Below are positions 38,310-49,754 of a stretch of DNA of 64,000 nucleotides, one piece after another; the first letter of the stretch is position 1, and each line of letters begins with the position of its first letter. The translations under genes and the position numbers were made by a program. This DNA is from Scyliorhinus canicula. Taxonomy: Eukaryota. Location: positions 222,125,623-222,189,622 of the forward strand of contig NC_052149.1 of the NCBI RefSeq assembly GCF_902713615.1, read 5' to 3'. The notes under the pieces were generated by a model, which was not told where the DNA came from, ran no database searches, and was given only the letters and a program-made list of their open reading frames with translations.

Positions 38310-39517
38310 ACTGTTAACTAAATAATTAAAGAAAGCACTAAACTTGATTAAAAGCATTCCACTGTGCAAATATGAGTGGCAGGTCAGATGATTAGGCAGA
38401 ATATAAAGGACAGCAGAGAATAACTAAAAGGTTAATCAGGAGAAAGAAATTAGAGCATGAGAGGAAGCTAGCTAGATATGTAAAAACAGATAGTAAGAGT
38501 TTCTTCGGGTATTTAACTAGTAAAGTAAGTAAACTGTGTGCTGATCCTCCAGGGAGTGACAGTGGGGAGTTAATAGTAGATAATAAGGAAATGTCAGGTG
38601 AAAATAATAAATATTTTGTTTCTGACTTCACTATAGATAATACAAAAAATCCAGTAATGGTTGTAAATCAAGAAGTGGAAGGGAGAGAGGAACTTGATGA
38701 AATTACAACAGAGAAACTGAAAAAAACTAATGGAGCTATGGGCTGATATGTCTTGACCCTGATGGAGTTCACCTTGGTGTCCCAAAAGAGGTAGTTAATA
38801 AGATCGGAGATGCATTGGTGTTAATTCTCCAAAATGCACTCGATTTTGGAACGGTTCCAACAGACTAGAAAGTAGGAAATATGACCCATGTATTCAAGAA
38901 GTGAGGAAGGCAGAAAACAGGAAAACTATAGGCCAAGATAATTAAAATACTGCAAATGCTGTAATCTGAAAAAGAAAAGAGGATTTAAAAAAACACTCTG
39001 GTCTGGCAGCATCTATAAGGAGAGAAACATTGCAAGTCCTCTTTGTCAGAACTGAAGGGAGGGAGAATGTGTTAGATTTAAAGTGTACCTGTGAGAGATT
39101 ATAGGTCAGTTAGCTTGTCATGAGGATGGTGTTAGAGCTGATCATTAAGGAGGTTACAGTTGGGCACTTATAGAAACTCAAGGCAATCGCGAAAAGTCAG
39201 TGTTACAGCCATGTGCTCAGACTCCAACATTGGCTAAGGTACTGGACCAGAACCGCAATGTTTAAAACATTTTTAAGACTGCGGAAAGATCGATTGGCCC
39301 AAGAAATTATTGCTTGAGAAATAAGGCTTGGTTATTTTTACAAACAAAACTTTATTAAAACAAAAGAAAAACACTATTTAAACTTTTAAACTTCAAACCT
39401 AACAAGAACCGCTTACATGTATCTTTTAACCCAACACACAATTACCCATTGAACAGTAGGTAAAATGAACATACAGCTCTCAACTCCTTTGGCAGGCAGG
39501 CAACAATGATACTATAA

Positions 39518-39800
39518 AGGGTGGCATGGACGCACAGTGGTTAGACATTTGCTTCATAGCGCTGGGTTCGATTCCCAGCTTGGGTCACTGTCTGTGCGGA
39601 GTCTGCACGTTCTCCCCGTGTCTGTGTGGGTTTCCTCCCACAAGTCCCAAATGAAGTGCTTGTTAAGTGAATTGGGAATTCTGAATTCTCCCTCTGTGCA
39701 CCCAAACAGGTCCGTAGTGTGGCGACTAGGGGCTTTTCACAGTAACTTCATTGCAGTGTTAATGTAAGCCTACTTGTGACACTAATAAAGATTATTATTA
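39518..39800 (+). mobile_element. V-SINE with Rex1-like tail
   Basis: GGCGACTAGGGGCTTTTCACAGTAACTTC...GTGACACTAATAAAG(ATT)n. Confidence 0.88.
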
Positions 39801-42800
39801 CTTGCTTTACAGAACAAATTCCTAATGTTAGAGAAGCTCCTTCATACCCCTTTTCGAAAGCCTATCTCTGTGGCAGCTTTCCATGACCTCACCCGGTGGC
39901 TTTCCAAATTCTCCCCCCCCCCCCCCCCCCCCCCCCCACCCCCACCCACCTGTTTGCTGTGACTGACGCAGGGCACATCGGAATGTTATTTACATGGATT
40001 TCCAGAGGCGGTTGATCAATTCCCTCATAAGCGACTGTCAGCTAAAGCTGAAGCTCCTCGAATTGAGGGCAAATTATTGCCCTGGTTTTGAAATTGGCTA
40101 AGAGCCCTTGGGATGAGGGGACGGTCCTCTAACAGGCAGCATGTGACGACTGGTATCCCTCAAGTGTATATCACAACCGCAACTATTCAGTGTATTCATA
40201 AACAATTTAGGTGATGGGTTAGAAAGCTGCATATCCAAATTTGCCGATGATACAAAGATGGCAGCAAAGGTGCCATCTTTTTACATTTTCTTTCCCAATT
40301 TCTCTTTTCTTCCTTTCCTGATGGGAGTAAATGCTCGCCTCAGTTTAATTTTCCAGGCAGCCTCCAACACCTTGTCCTCTAATATCGCATCCAGATGGTC
40401 GGTCTTCATGTCTGAGCTTGAAAGTAGATGCTGGGAGGCTATTCAACTGTGAAAGGTACCACTAACAAATGCATTTTTTTCTCAACAGGCAATCTTTACT
40501 GGGTGGTAATCACTACGAAGCTTGGTTGACTTTGGTCTCCCTATATCAGGTGAGATAGGATCTCTGGCACAAACTACAGCAGAGGTTGTCTTGTCTCACA
40601 GTGGTAGCATCGTGGACCAGAATCTCTGGGTTCAAGTCCAACGCCAGGACTTGTTGGCCACAGAAAGAGTGTTCATAATGTGGCTGCTGATCACCTCAGG
40701 GATCCTTCCACCATTACCTTTCTGAAGAGTAAGAAACAGTGTGGGTGTGAAGAAATGCTCAAAAAGCAACTGTCGCCGTTATGATCATTGGGGAAATATT
40801 TCTCCCCTGAGCCAGAGGAATGTGGGCACACCACATCACTGTGCCCGAGGAAACACTGCATTGCTGAGACTTCCAAGGAAGTTTTGAAGGTATCCCCCAA
40901 ACTGCATCAGAACATTTTTATTACAAAAGGAGGGACGAAGAGTAATTTACCTCCAGAAGTTAAATGTAAGAGACTTAATAGCATTTTGCAACAGGTGTCG
41001 ACGCAGGAATGTTTTTGATAAAGAAAATCAAAAATAAAGACGAAGCAAACATTAGCTTCTTCCTTTAGACTCATAGCGCCTGAATAGTAGGTCAAGCATC
41101 AGCAATGTGAGGTTCTCATGAGAACCTTCTCCTGAATTGCATGTAGTGGTAGAGTTAACATGGGTGCTAAGGTCCCAGCATTCATTTAAATGCTGCGCCT
41201 ATCTCAGTTAAGCACGGAACTGTTGTATGGAAGATGTTTGCGTGCAGTGCTTTTTAGGAATAAGATGAGAGTGAAGGAATAGTGTCTACTTTTGTCCTCT
41301 GCATTACACCAAGTTCTTTTGGGTACCTTTTGAAGCAGGTCAGGGAAACAGCAGCTAACAGATTTTGCGCCTGAATAGTTCAGAGGAGAAGAACCATCTT
41401 TCTCTCTTGGCCTTATACCTCGTGCTTGCAAGGAGCAATTGGTGTGAATAGCATTTGGGATGAGTCAGGACCAGGCGCTGTACACACAAACATAGTCTTG
41501 GGTCTTAAAGAGAGGAACTTCCATGCGTCGCACTTGAGGATGGACTTTTAGCTGTGGGAACGATAACAGGGGAATAAGCCCAGTTAGAACCTGTGCTTTC
41601 AGGGTATCAACACCATGAAAAAGGGCAGAGAGAGTTAAAGTGACATGGGTGAGGCAGGAGAAAATGTTTGTTCTTTGCACCTTTCTGATGAAGCATGAGT
41701 AGATTTTAAATCAATGTGGGCATGGCTGAAGCCACTGTTTAAACGTGAGCAGCCTTGGGGGAGGCAGTGGTGTAGCGGTATTGTCCCTGGACTGGTGATC
41801 CACAAACCCAGGGTACTCTGGGGACCCGGGTTTGAGTCCTGACACAACAGGTGGTGGAAATTCAATATAATAAATATCTGGAATTAAAAGTCTAATAATG
41901 ACCATGAAACCATTGCCGATTGTCGTAACATACCCAGCTGGTTCATTAATGTGCTTTAGGGAAGGAAATCTGCCACGCTTATCTGGTCTGGCCGACATGT
42001 GACTTCAGATGCACAGCAATGTGGTTGACTCTTAACTGCCCTCTGAACTGGCCTAGCAAGCCACTCAGTTCTTTCAAAACTGCTACAAAGTCAATAAACA
42101 GGATGCCACCCAGCATCAAACTAGGCACTGGAAACAACGGTAAATACGCCCAGTCAATACTGCAAAGTCCTCCACATCTGGGGCTTGTGCCAAAATTGGG
42201 AGAGCTGTCTCACAGACTAGTCAAGCAACAGCCTGACATGGTCATACTCATGGAATCAAACCAGGCAGACAACGTCCCAGACACCACTATCACCATCTCT
42301 GGCTATGGCCTGCCTCACCGGCAGGACAGTCCCAGCAGAGGTGGTGGCGCAGTGGCTTACGGTCGGGAGGGAGTTCCCCGGGCAGTTCTCAACATCGCCT
42401 CTGGACCCCATGAAGTCTCATGGCTTCAGGTCAAACATGGGCAATGAAAATCCTGCTGATTACCACGTACCGCCCCCCCCTCAGCTGATGAATCATTACT
42501 CCTCCATGTTTAACACTGCTTGGAGGAAACACTGAGGGCAGCAAGGCAATGGGAATCAGGGGGAAAAAGCTCCACTGGTTGGAGTTAAACCAAGCACAAA
42601 ATAAGATGATTGTTGTTGGAGGTCAGTCACCTCAGTCCCGGGACATCACTGTAGGAGTTCCTTAGGGTAGTGTCCTAGGCCCAACCACCTTCCATTGCCT
42701 CATCAATGACATTCCAACGTAACAGATGTGGGAATGTTCGCTGATGATTGCACAATGTTCAGCATCATTCAGGACTCCTCAGACACTGAAGCAGTCCACG

Positions 42801-43046
42801 TGCAGATGCAGCTAGACCCGGGAAATATCCAGGATTGGGCTGACCAGTGGAAAGCAACTTTCTCGCCACACAAATACTAGGCAATGACCATCTCCAATAA
42901 AATAGAATTAAACCATTGCCCCTTGACATTCAATGACATTAACAGCACTGAATCCCCCACAATCAACATCATGGGAGTTACCTCTGATCAGAAACTGAAC
43001 TAGACTAGCCACATTAATACTGTGGTGCAAGAGCAGGTCAAAGGCT

Positions 43047-43212
43047 GGCCCTGGGTCATTGTCCGTGTGTGTCCGTGTGGAATTTGCACATTCTCCCCGT
43101 GTCTGCGAGGGTTTCACCCCCACAACCCAAAGATGTGCAGGATAGGTAGATTGACCAGGCTAAATTGCCCCTTAATTAGAAAAAATAATTGGGTAAAATT
43201 ATATTTAAAAAA
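43047..43212 (+). mobile_element. Short V-SINE, 5'-truncated
   Basis: TSD AGAGCAGGTCAAAGGCT. Confidence 0.85.
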
Positions 43213-43304
43213 AGAGCAGGTCAAAGGCTAGGAATCCTGCGGCGAGGAACTCCCCTCCTGGTTCCCCAAAGCCTGTCCAGCATCTACAAGGCACAAGTTA
43301 GGAG

Positions 43305-43530
43305 TTTAAAAAAAATAAATTTAGAGTATCCAATTCATTTTTCCCAATTAAGGGGCAATTTAGCATGGACAATCCACCTACCCTGCACATCTTTGGGTTG
43401 TGGGGGCGAAACCCACGCAAACACGGGAGAGTGTGCAAACTTCACACGGACAGTGACCCAGAGCCGGGATCGAACCTGAGACCTCGGTGCCGTGAGGCAG
43501 CAGTGCGAACTACTCCGCCACCGTGCTGCC
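43305..43530 (-). mobile_element. Short V-SINE
   Basis: Head, V-domain, AT-rich tail; near-TSD CAAGT(T/C)AGGAGT. Confidence 0.9.
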
Positions 43531-43871
43531 TGCAAGTCAGGAGTGTGATGGAATACTCCCCACTTGCCTGGATGAGTGGAGCTCCAACAACACTGAAGAA
43601 GCTCAACAACATCCAGGACAAAGCAACCCACTTGATTGGCACCCCTTTCACAAACGTTCACTCCCTCCACCATTGACGCACAGTAACTGACGTGTGTACC
43701 AGCTACAAGATGCACTGCAGGAACTCACCAAGACTCCTGAGGCAGCATCTTCCAAATCCACGACCACTACCATCTAGAAGGACAAGAGCAGCAATACATG
43801 GAAACACCACCAGCTGGAGGACCCCCTCCAAGTCGCTCACCATCCTGACTTGGATATATTTCGCCGTTCCT

Positions 43872-44209
43872 CATAGAATGCCTACAGTGCAGAAAGAGAC
43901 CATTTGGCCCATCGAGTTTGCACCGACCCTCCAAACTGACAATGACACCCCACCTAGATCTATGCCCCAACCCTATCCCTGTAACCCCACCTAACCTGCA
44001 CATCTTTGGACACTAAGGGGCAAATTAGCATGGCCAATCCGCCTAACCTGCACATCTTTGGACTGTGGGAGAAAACCGGAGCACTTGGAGGAAACCCATG
44101 CAGACACGGGGCGAAAGTGCAAACTCCACAAAGTCATGCAAGTTTGGAATTGAACCTGGGACCCTGGCGCTGTGAGGCAGCAGTGCTAACCACTGTGCCA
44201 CCATGCAGA
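43872..44209 (-). mobile_element. HE1-type V-SINE, CR1 tail
   Basis: Near-TSD CGC(C/T)GTTCCT. Confidence 0.88.
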
Positions 44210-45709
44210 CCGCTGTTCCTTCACTGTCGTTGGGTCAAAACCCTGGAACTCCCTCCCTCCATAGCACAGTGGATGCACCTACACTACATGGACTGCAGCT
44301 GTTCAAGAAGGCAACTCACCGCCAACATCTCAAAGGCAATTAAGGGTGGGCGACAATAGCTGGCCTTAGTCAGTGAAGCCCACATCCCGGAAAAAGGAAT
44401 TTTAAAAAAGTCTTTATATTTATTTTTTAGGTTCCATTACCATGAACTGCCTGAAGGGTGATGGAAGCAGATTTATTAGTAATACGCTAAAGGAAATTGG
44501 ATATTTTCTTTAAAAGGAAAAACAATTGCAAGGTTGTGCCTGAAGAAGAGGGGACTAATTGGCTAGCTCTTTCAAAGAGGTACGATGGAGTAAATAGCCA
44601 TCTGTCAGTGGTCAATAATTCATTCCCTTTGAATGGATTCCTGTCATTGATCGATGACTAGGCTGGTACATTCCTCAAGGAGTAATTTGGATGCCACCGT
44701 CCACTGTCCTGAAGTGTAGGTATGAGGACAGTGCCACGTGCCAGCTCTCGAAACTGGCAAATCGTCTCCAGGTATGAAGAATAACACTTGAAGCCCCAGG
44801 AGGAGGCAGCTGGACTGGGAAGCTGCTCTTTTCACACGAGGTTGGTCAAATCAGTTGTTCCGTCAGGAGGTGGGGGTTTTCTGCTTTGATCGGGAAACAG
44901 GTGTTTGCTACTCAGGAAATGGCTGAGTGAATTATTTGAGCAGCTGACAAAGGTACTTGTGGTTATTTCCCATGTCTATCTCCAAATAAATAATATCACA
45001 AAACACCAGGTGGCATCGTCCTGAATACAGCATCCGTCACTAATTGCAAAGGACGAACACCCTTTCTGTACTTCAGTGCAGAACGACAATGGCAACAACA
45101 GTTTGCTTTTATGCGGCAGATTGAATGCAGCCAAACCTCAGGGAGCCACGATTCAAAAAAAGCCAATGCCAAGACAAAGGAGGCGATATTAGGAGGGGAT
45201 GGTCAGAGGTGGGTTTTAAGGAGGCTCTAAAAGGAAGAGAAGGAGCTGGGAGGAATTGAAGCAGGGAATTCCAGAGTGTGGGATGGAGGTAAGGTCACCA
45301 ATGCTGGAACAAAGAAAGGGCGAAAGTGTTCAAGAGGCCGGGGAAAGAGGAACAAAGAGTTCAAGGGTATTGTAAGGCTGGTAAAGAGTGCAGAGGTAGG
45401 GAGGGGAACGGTCATTCAGGTATTTCAACACAAGGAGGAGAACTTTAAATTTGTGGTGTCAGAGGTCAGTACAGATCAGTGAAGACACGGGTGAGACGTG
45501 AACATGACTCAGCCCAGGGTGGGAGTCCAGGGTTGAGGATGACATAAAGTATGAATGAAAACCCAGTGAAACCTGGCAGTGACAGGTACTGGGCCAAACT
45601 AGAGCTCCATTTTAAGGCTAGTTCAGACCAGAACCAGTCATTTTGCAAGTTTCACTCTTTGTTTTCTGGAAAAGGATGGGAGATTGGTCAGAACAGCCTC
45701 AAGTTAGTC

Positions 45710-46070
45710 AAAGGTATTGATGAAACTGCTTCCATCAGGCATAAGGTACAGAAGTCTGAAGACCCGCACACCCAGACAAAGGAACAGTTTCTTCCCCACA
45801 GCTACTAGACTCCTCAACGATTCCCCCTCGGACTGATCTGTTCCCTGTGAGAACACAATTCACGACGTCCGATGCTGCTCTTGCTCAAAAATTTGCTTTG
45901 TTTGGCCCCTTGTTCCGCACTGTAATCACTGTTTGTCGATGCATCATTTATCAATGTACTCTGTCGGTTATTCTTTTTTTGTCTACTATGTACGTACTGT
46001 GTACGTTCCCTTGGCCGCAGAAAAATGCTTTTCACTGTACTTCGGTACATGTGACAATAAACCAAAGCAA
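45710..46070 (+). mobile_element. Rex1/Babar LINE 3' end
   Basis: KLLPSGIRYRSLKTRT...NSFFP remnant and a GTGACAATAAA tail. Confidence 0.8.
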
Positions 46071-46414
46071 ATCAACCACAATTTTAATCCAAAAATAATT
46101 TGCTTGCTCAGCGATACAGCCTGTTTTATTAGAGTCATAAACAACGGCCAGATTTTTACCCCCCCCCCCCCCCCCCCCCCCCCCCCCGAGGTTCCGAGGT
46201 TCCGAGGAATTGCATGGAAGGGATTTCCTCCAGGTTTCCGCTGTCCGACTTCGTAGTGATTTTACACTGAGGCACGCAGGCCCTTGGACGGGAAGCCCAC
46301 CTGTGCCCTAGTTAAGGCCCTTAAACAGCCATATAATGATCACTTAATGGCTGGGGGAAGGGGGGGGGTCGAGGGAGGGAGGCACGTGGCTTCCATCAGA
46401 ATCCCTCTTCTGGA

Positions 46415-46715
46415 GCGGCACAGTAGTGATTAGCACTGTTGCTTCACACCCTCGGTACTCTTGTTCAATTCACAGCTTGGGTCACTGTCTGTGCAGAGTC
46501 TGCATGTTCTCCCCGTGACTGCGTGGGGTTCCTCCGAGTGCTCCGGTTTCCTTCCACAAGTCCCGATAGACGTGCTGTTAGGTGAATTGAACATTCTGAA
46601 TTCTCCCTCTGTGTGCCCGAACAGGCGCCGGAATGTGGCCACTAGGGGCTTTTCACAGTAACTTCTTTGCAGTGTCAATGTAAGCCTACTTGTGACACTA
46701 ATAAAGATTATTATA
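46415..46715 (+). mobile_element. V-SINE with Rex1-like tail
   Basis: Same structure as 39518-39800. Confidence 0.88.
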
Positions 46716-47159
46716 TAAAAATAGATGCCCTCTTCTAACAGGGGGCCCATTGAGCTGTGGATCTCCCTCCTCCCCACTCGGCCTATCCCGCAGACCCCAA
46801 TCACCTCCCTGGCCTTCCCTACCCTCTCCCCAGCTCCCCTCCATCCCCTCTGATCCCAATATTTTCCTTTTGCCCCAGTCTCCTTAGGTTCAGGAAACTT
46901 CTTGTAGTGCGTCTCCTTGCTGTAGCTGCAGCGCTGCTCGTGGAGGGACTAGATAGCTGACAGCCAATCCGATAGCCCAGCCAATCTCAAGGCAGGCCTT
47001 CTTCCTGCGTGAGGGACAGAATTCCCACCTACTACCAATCAACGCTCATCAGAATGTAAAATAGCAGCAGGGCTGATGTAGTCGGCAGGGATATGTTCCC
47101 CACCGACTTTTCCGGTCTGGCCGAGGATTTCCTCGGGGTAAGAAAGGGCAGGGAGTTCT

Positions 47160-47445
47160 TTTTTTAAAACTAAACTTCGAGTGCCCAATTTTTTCCAATT
47201 AAGGGGCAATTTTTAGCGTGGTCAATCCACCTAACCAGCACATCTTGGGGGTGTGAAACCCAAGAAGACACTGGGAAAATGTGCAAACTCCACACAGAAG
47301 TTGACCAGGAGCTGGGATCAAACCCGGGTCCTCAGTGCCGTAGGCAGCAGTGCTATCCACATGGACAGTGACCTGGGGCTGGGTTCAAACCCAGGTTCTC
47401 AGCGCCGTAGGCAGCAGTACTAACTACCGCTCCACCGTGTCGCCC
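47160..47445 (-). mobile_element. Short V-SINE with duplicated head segment
   Basis: B-box segment occurs twice; near-TSD GGGCAGGG.GTT. Confidence 0.82.
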
Positions 47446-48059
47446 GGGCAGGGTGTTTCTGACAAAGTTATAGCTGCTGATCAGCAGAACCATCAAATAA
47501 ATTCCCAGCAAATGTGCCAAAACAGCAACTCAGAAAGCAGTAGCACCTCAATAGCGCCCAGTGCTATTAAAGGAAGTTGATGTGCATCAGTTTCTGACAG
47601 TCATTTACATGGAAATCACATTGCTGCATCCCCATTCAACACAGTCAGTTGCAGAAATCATTGTGCCGTGATAGTCCGGAACAAAATGCCTGCCTTTTTT
47701 CCGCTTGCATCGCCTTGTTTTTTTTGCCAACAGTAGTAAATAGATCACAAGAAAATTGGCCATCAAAAAGCTGCCTCAGAGCCATTATTTAGGGTGGATC
47801 CCTCCAACTGCTTCTTACATCAACCTCTTCCTGACTTCCTCCTTTCCCACCTGTCTGAATGTCGTTTCCTCTGCTTAAAGATTCCATGGTGGTTTTAGCT
47901 AAATTTGCAGCTCACACCTAGTTAAACGATATTGAAAACAGGAGACCCCCCCCCCCCCCCCCCCCCCCCACCCACTACCCCCCTCACCCCACGTCCAGGA
48001 GTGAATAACCTTGTCCAATATTCTTCAGCACCATCTCAGGCTGAAACAATAAGGCACCA

Positions 48060-48743
48060 GGGTGGGATTCCCTCCCTTTTGGGGAATAAGTCCCCACACC
48101 CGCCGGAAAACGAGCGAGAATCCCTCTGGATTTTTTCCTCGACAATCCCGGATGATTCTCCGTTTTCCAGGGGGCTAGCAGGACCCCGGCGTGTGTCCCC
48201 CAGCTCTGGCTGCTGGCGGGGTGATGCTGTCCAGATGTGCAGCTGCGTGTACGCACGGAGGCCGCAAGCGGGTCAGCACGTGTGCACAGCAGCCCACCTC
48301 GGCGCGGGCACAGCCGACATGGCGGAGCCACACAGCGGGCCTGCGCGGAGTAAGGTAGGTCCGTTTCAGATCGCGATGGCCCGCTGATTGGTGGCCCCTG
48401 GTCGCGGGCCTGGATCCCGCTGAGGCCCCCCCCCCCCCCCCGAGTCAGATTCCCCCCCCCGCCCCCCACCAGGGCTGCCATCGTGGACGCGAGTCCAAGC
48501 TCCCGGCGGGTGGTACCAGATGTAAATCACGCCGGCGGGAGTTCGGCCGGTCGACCGCGGAGAATCGCCGCGGAGGCCTGTTCCAACAGCCCCCGACTGC
48601 CAGTGTGTCGACCACGCGCGCGGTACTAGCGGGTCCCCGGAGAATCGCGGAAACACCATCGCGGCAGATTTCCAGCGTGAACGGCTACTCTCCGCCCCTG
48701 TGCCGGTTGCGATTCCGGCGCGGAGGGTCGGAAAATCCCGCCC
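48060..48743. mobile_element. GC-rich Harbinger-like MITE
   Basis: TIRs GGGTGGGATTCCC / GGAAAATCCCGCCC; CAG at both flanks. Confidence 0.72.
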
Positions 48744-48924
48744 CAGGTCCATAGATCTTCAAACATCACAGGAAAATCATTTACTTTCTTTTAATCATCT
48801 GCCACATTGTGCTGTGAAATTCTTGGACTTTGTGATATGCTTGTTTTCCGCTGAGGGTTAATGACCAATTTGATAATCATGCCATTGAGTGAACTGGTAT
48901 TACTTGATAAAGATTACAAAAACG

Positions 48925-49245
48925 TCAGGCCTTCGAGATTTCAGACCAGCCAGATCTATTCCTGGGGAGGAGGGCGGACGCCCTTGCCTTTGCCTCCCTG
49001 ATCGCCCGCCGTAGAATCCTGTTTGGCTGGCGGTCAGCAGCACCGCCCAGAGCTGCAGACTGGCTGTCCGACCTCTCGGAATCTCTCCAAATGGAGAAAA
49101 TCAAATTCGCCATCCGAGGGTCGGACGACGGCTTCCCAGAATGTGGGAGCCATTCATGCAATTGTTCCGGGACCTGTTTGTGGCCAACGAACAAGAGGAA
49201 GAATAGCCGGGTGGCCAAGAATCAGGGGAAAATGGACGGGAATCG
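48925..49245 (+). mobile_element. L1-type LINE ORF2 C-terminal fragment (5'-truncated, frameshifted)
   Basis: Translates to ...ASLIARRRILFGWRSAAPPRAADWLSDLSESLQMEKIKFAIRGSDDGF/WEPF..., typical of fish L1 ORF2 C-termini. Confidence 0.7.
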
Positions 49246-49247
49246 GG

Positions 49248-49396
49248 TACAGTAAGAAGCGTTACAACACCAGGTTAAAGTGCAACAGGTTTGTTTTTAA
49301 TCACTGGCTTTTGGAGCGCAGCGTACTCTTCTTATTCTTTAAAATAGACACTGTTGGACTTTAACCTGGTGTTATAACACTTCTTACTGTAGCCAC
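49248..49396. mobile_element. Older non-autonomous Penelope pLTR-derived inverted-repeat element (continues at 53213-53248)
   Basis: tacagtaagaagcgttacaacaccaggttaaagtgcaacag ... ctgttggactttaacctggtgttataacacttcttactgta: diverged inverted copies of the pLTR end. 53214-53248 is the reverse complement of about 52471-52503. Confidence 0.85.
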
Positions 49397-49522
49397 TGTT
49401 GCTCTTTAAAGTCGCCAGTATGATGTTATGTCCCAACAGCATCGCCAATACTGTCAACTACACCTTACAGCTACAATAATCTGTACTTAACTTCAGGGCG
49501 ACCGGCACTGTGCAAGTGGATA

Positions 49523-49684
49523 ACAGTAAGAAGTCTTACAACACCAGGTTAAAGTCCAACAGGTTTGTTTCAAACACGAGCTTTCGGAGCACGGCTCCTT
49601 CTTCAGGTGAATGGAAAGGCTTGTTCCAGAAATGTTTATATAGACACAGTCAGAGATGCCCCGGAATGCGAGCACCTGCAGGCA
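49523..49684 (-). repeat. 3' pseudo-LTR of the Penelope-like element
   Basis: acagtaagaagtcttac...gcacctgcaggca; identical by eye to 52507-52668. Confidence 0.95.
49575..49609 (-). ncRNA. Minimal type I hammerhead ribozyme (3' copy)
   Basis: Minus strand CAC-CUGAAGA-A-GGAGC-CGU-GCUCC-GAAA-GC-UC^GUG: CUGANGA and GAAA cores, 5-bp stem II, palindromic AGCU stem III, CAC/GUG stem I. Predicted cut between 49578 and 49577. Confidence 0.88.
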
Positions 49685-49754
49685 ATCAAATCATCAAAGA
49701 TGCAGAGAGAGAGGTAACTCCAGGTTAAAGAGGTGTGAATTGTCCCAAGCCAGT

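Larger units (their letters stand above)
38040..40270 (+). mobile_element. Fragmented old CR1 LINE with nested SINE, Penelope-relic and LTR-like inserts
   Basis: Pieces at about 38040-38935, 39100-39200 and 39960-40270 (PWLTK, VIYMDFQ, KFADDTK). Confidence 0.65.
41757..44400 (+). mobile_element. CR1/L2-group LINE with tRNA-like 5' head, internally deleted, with three nested V-SINEs
   Basis: A/B-box-like head; APE endonuclease LVKQQPDMVILMES...GY...RQD..SRGGG; RT GVP*GSVLGP, FADDCT; tail GGCAATTAAGGGTGGGC...GCCCACATCCC. Confidence 0.8.

Noticed and set aside
41076-41380. 13-bp direct repeat GCGCCTGAATAGT about 290 bp apart
   Set aside because: No element features between the copies; could be chance.
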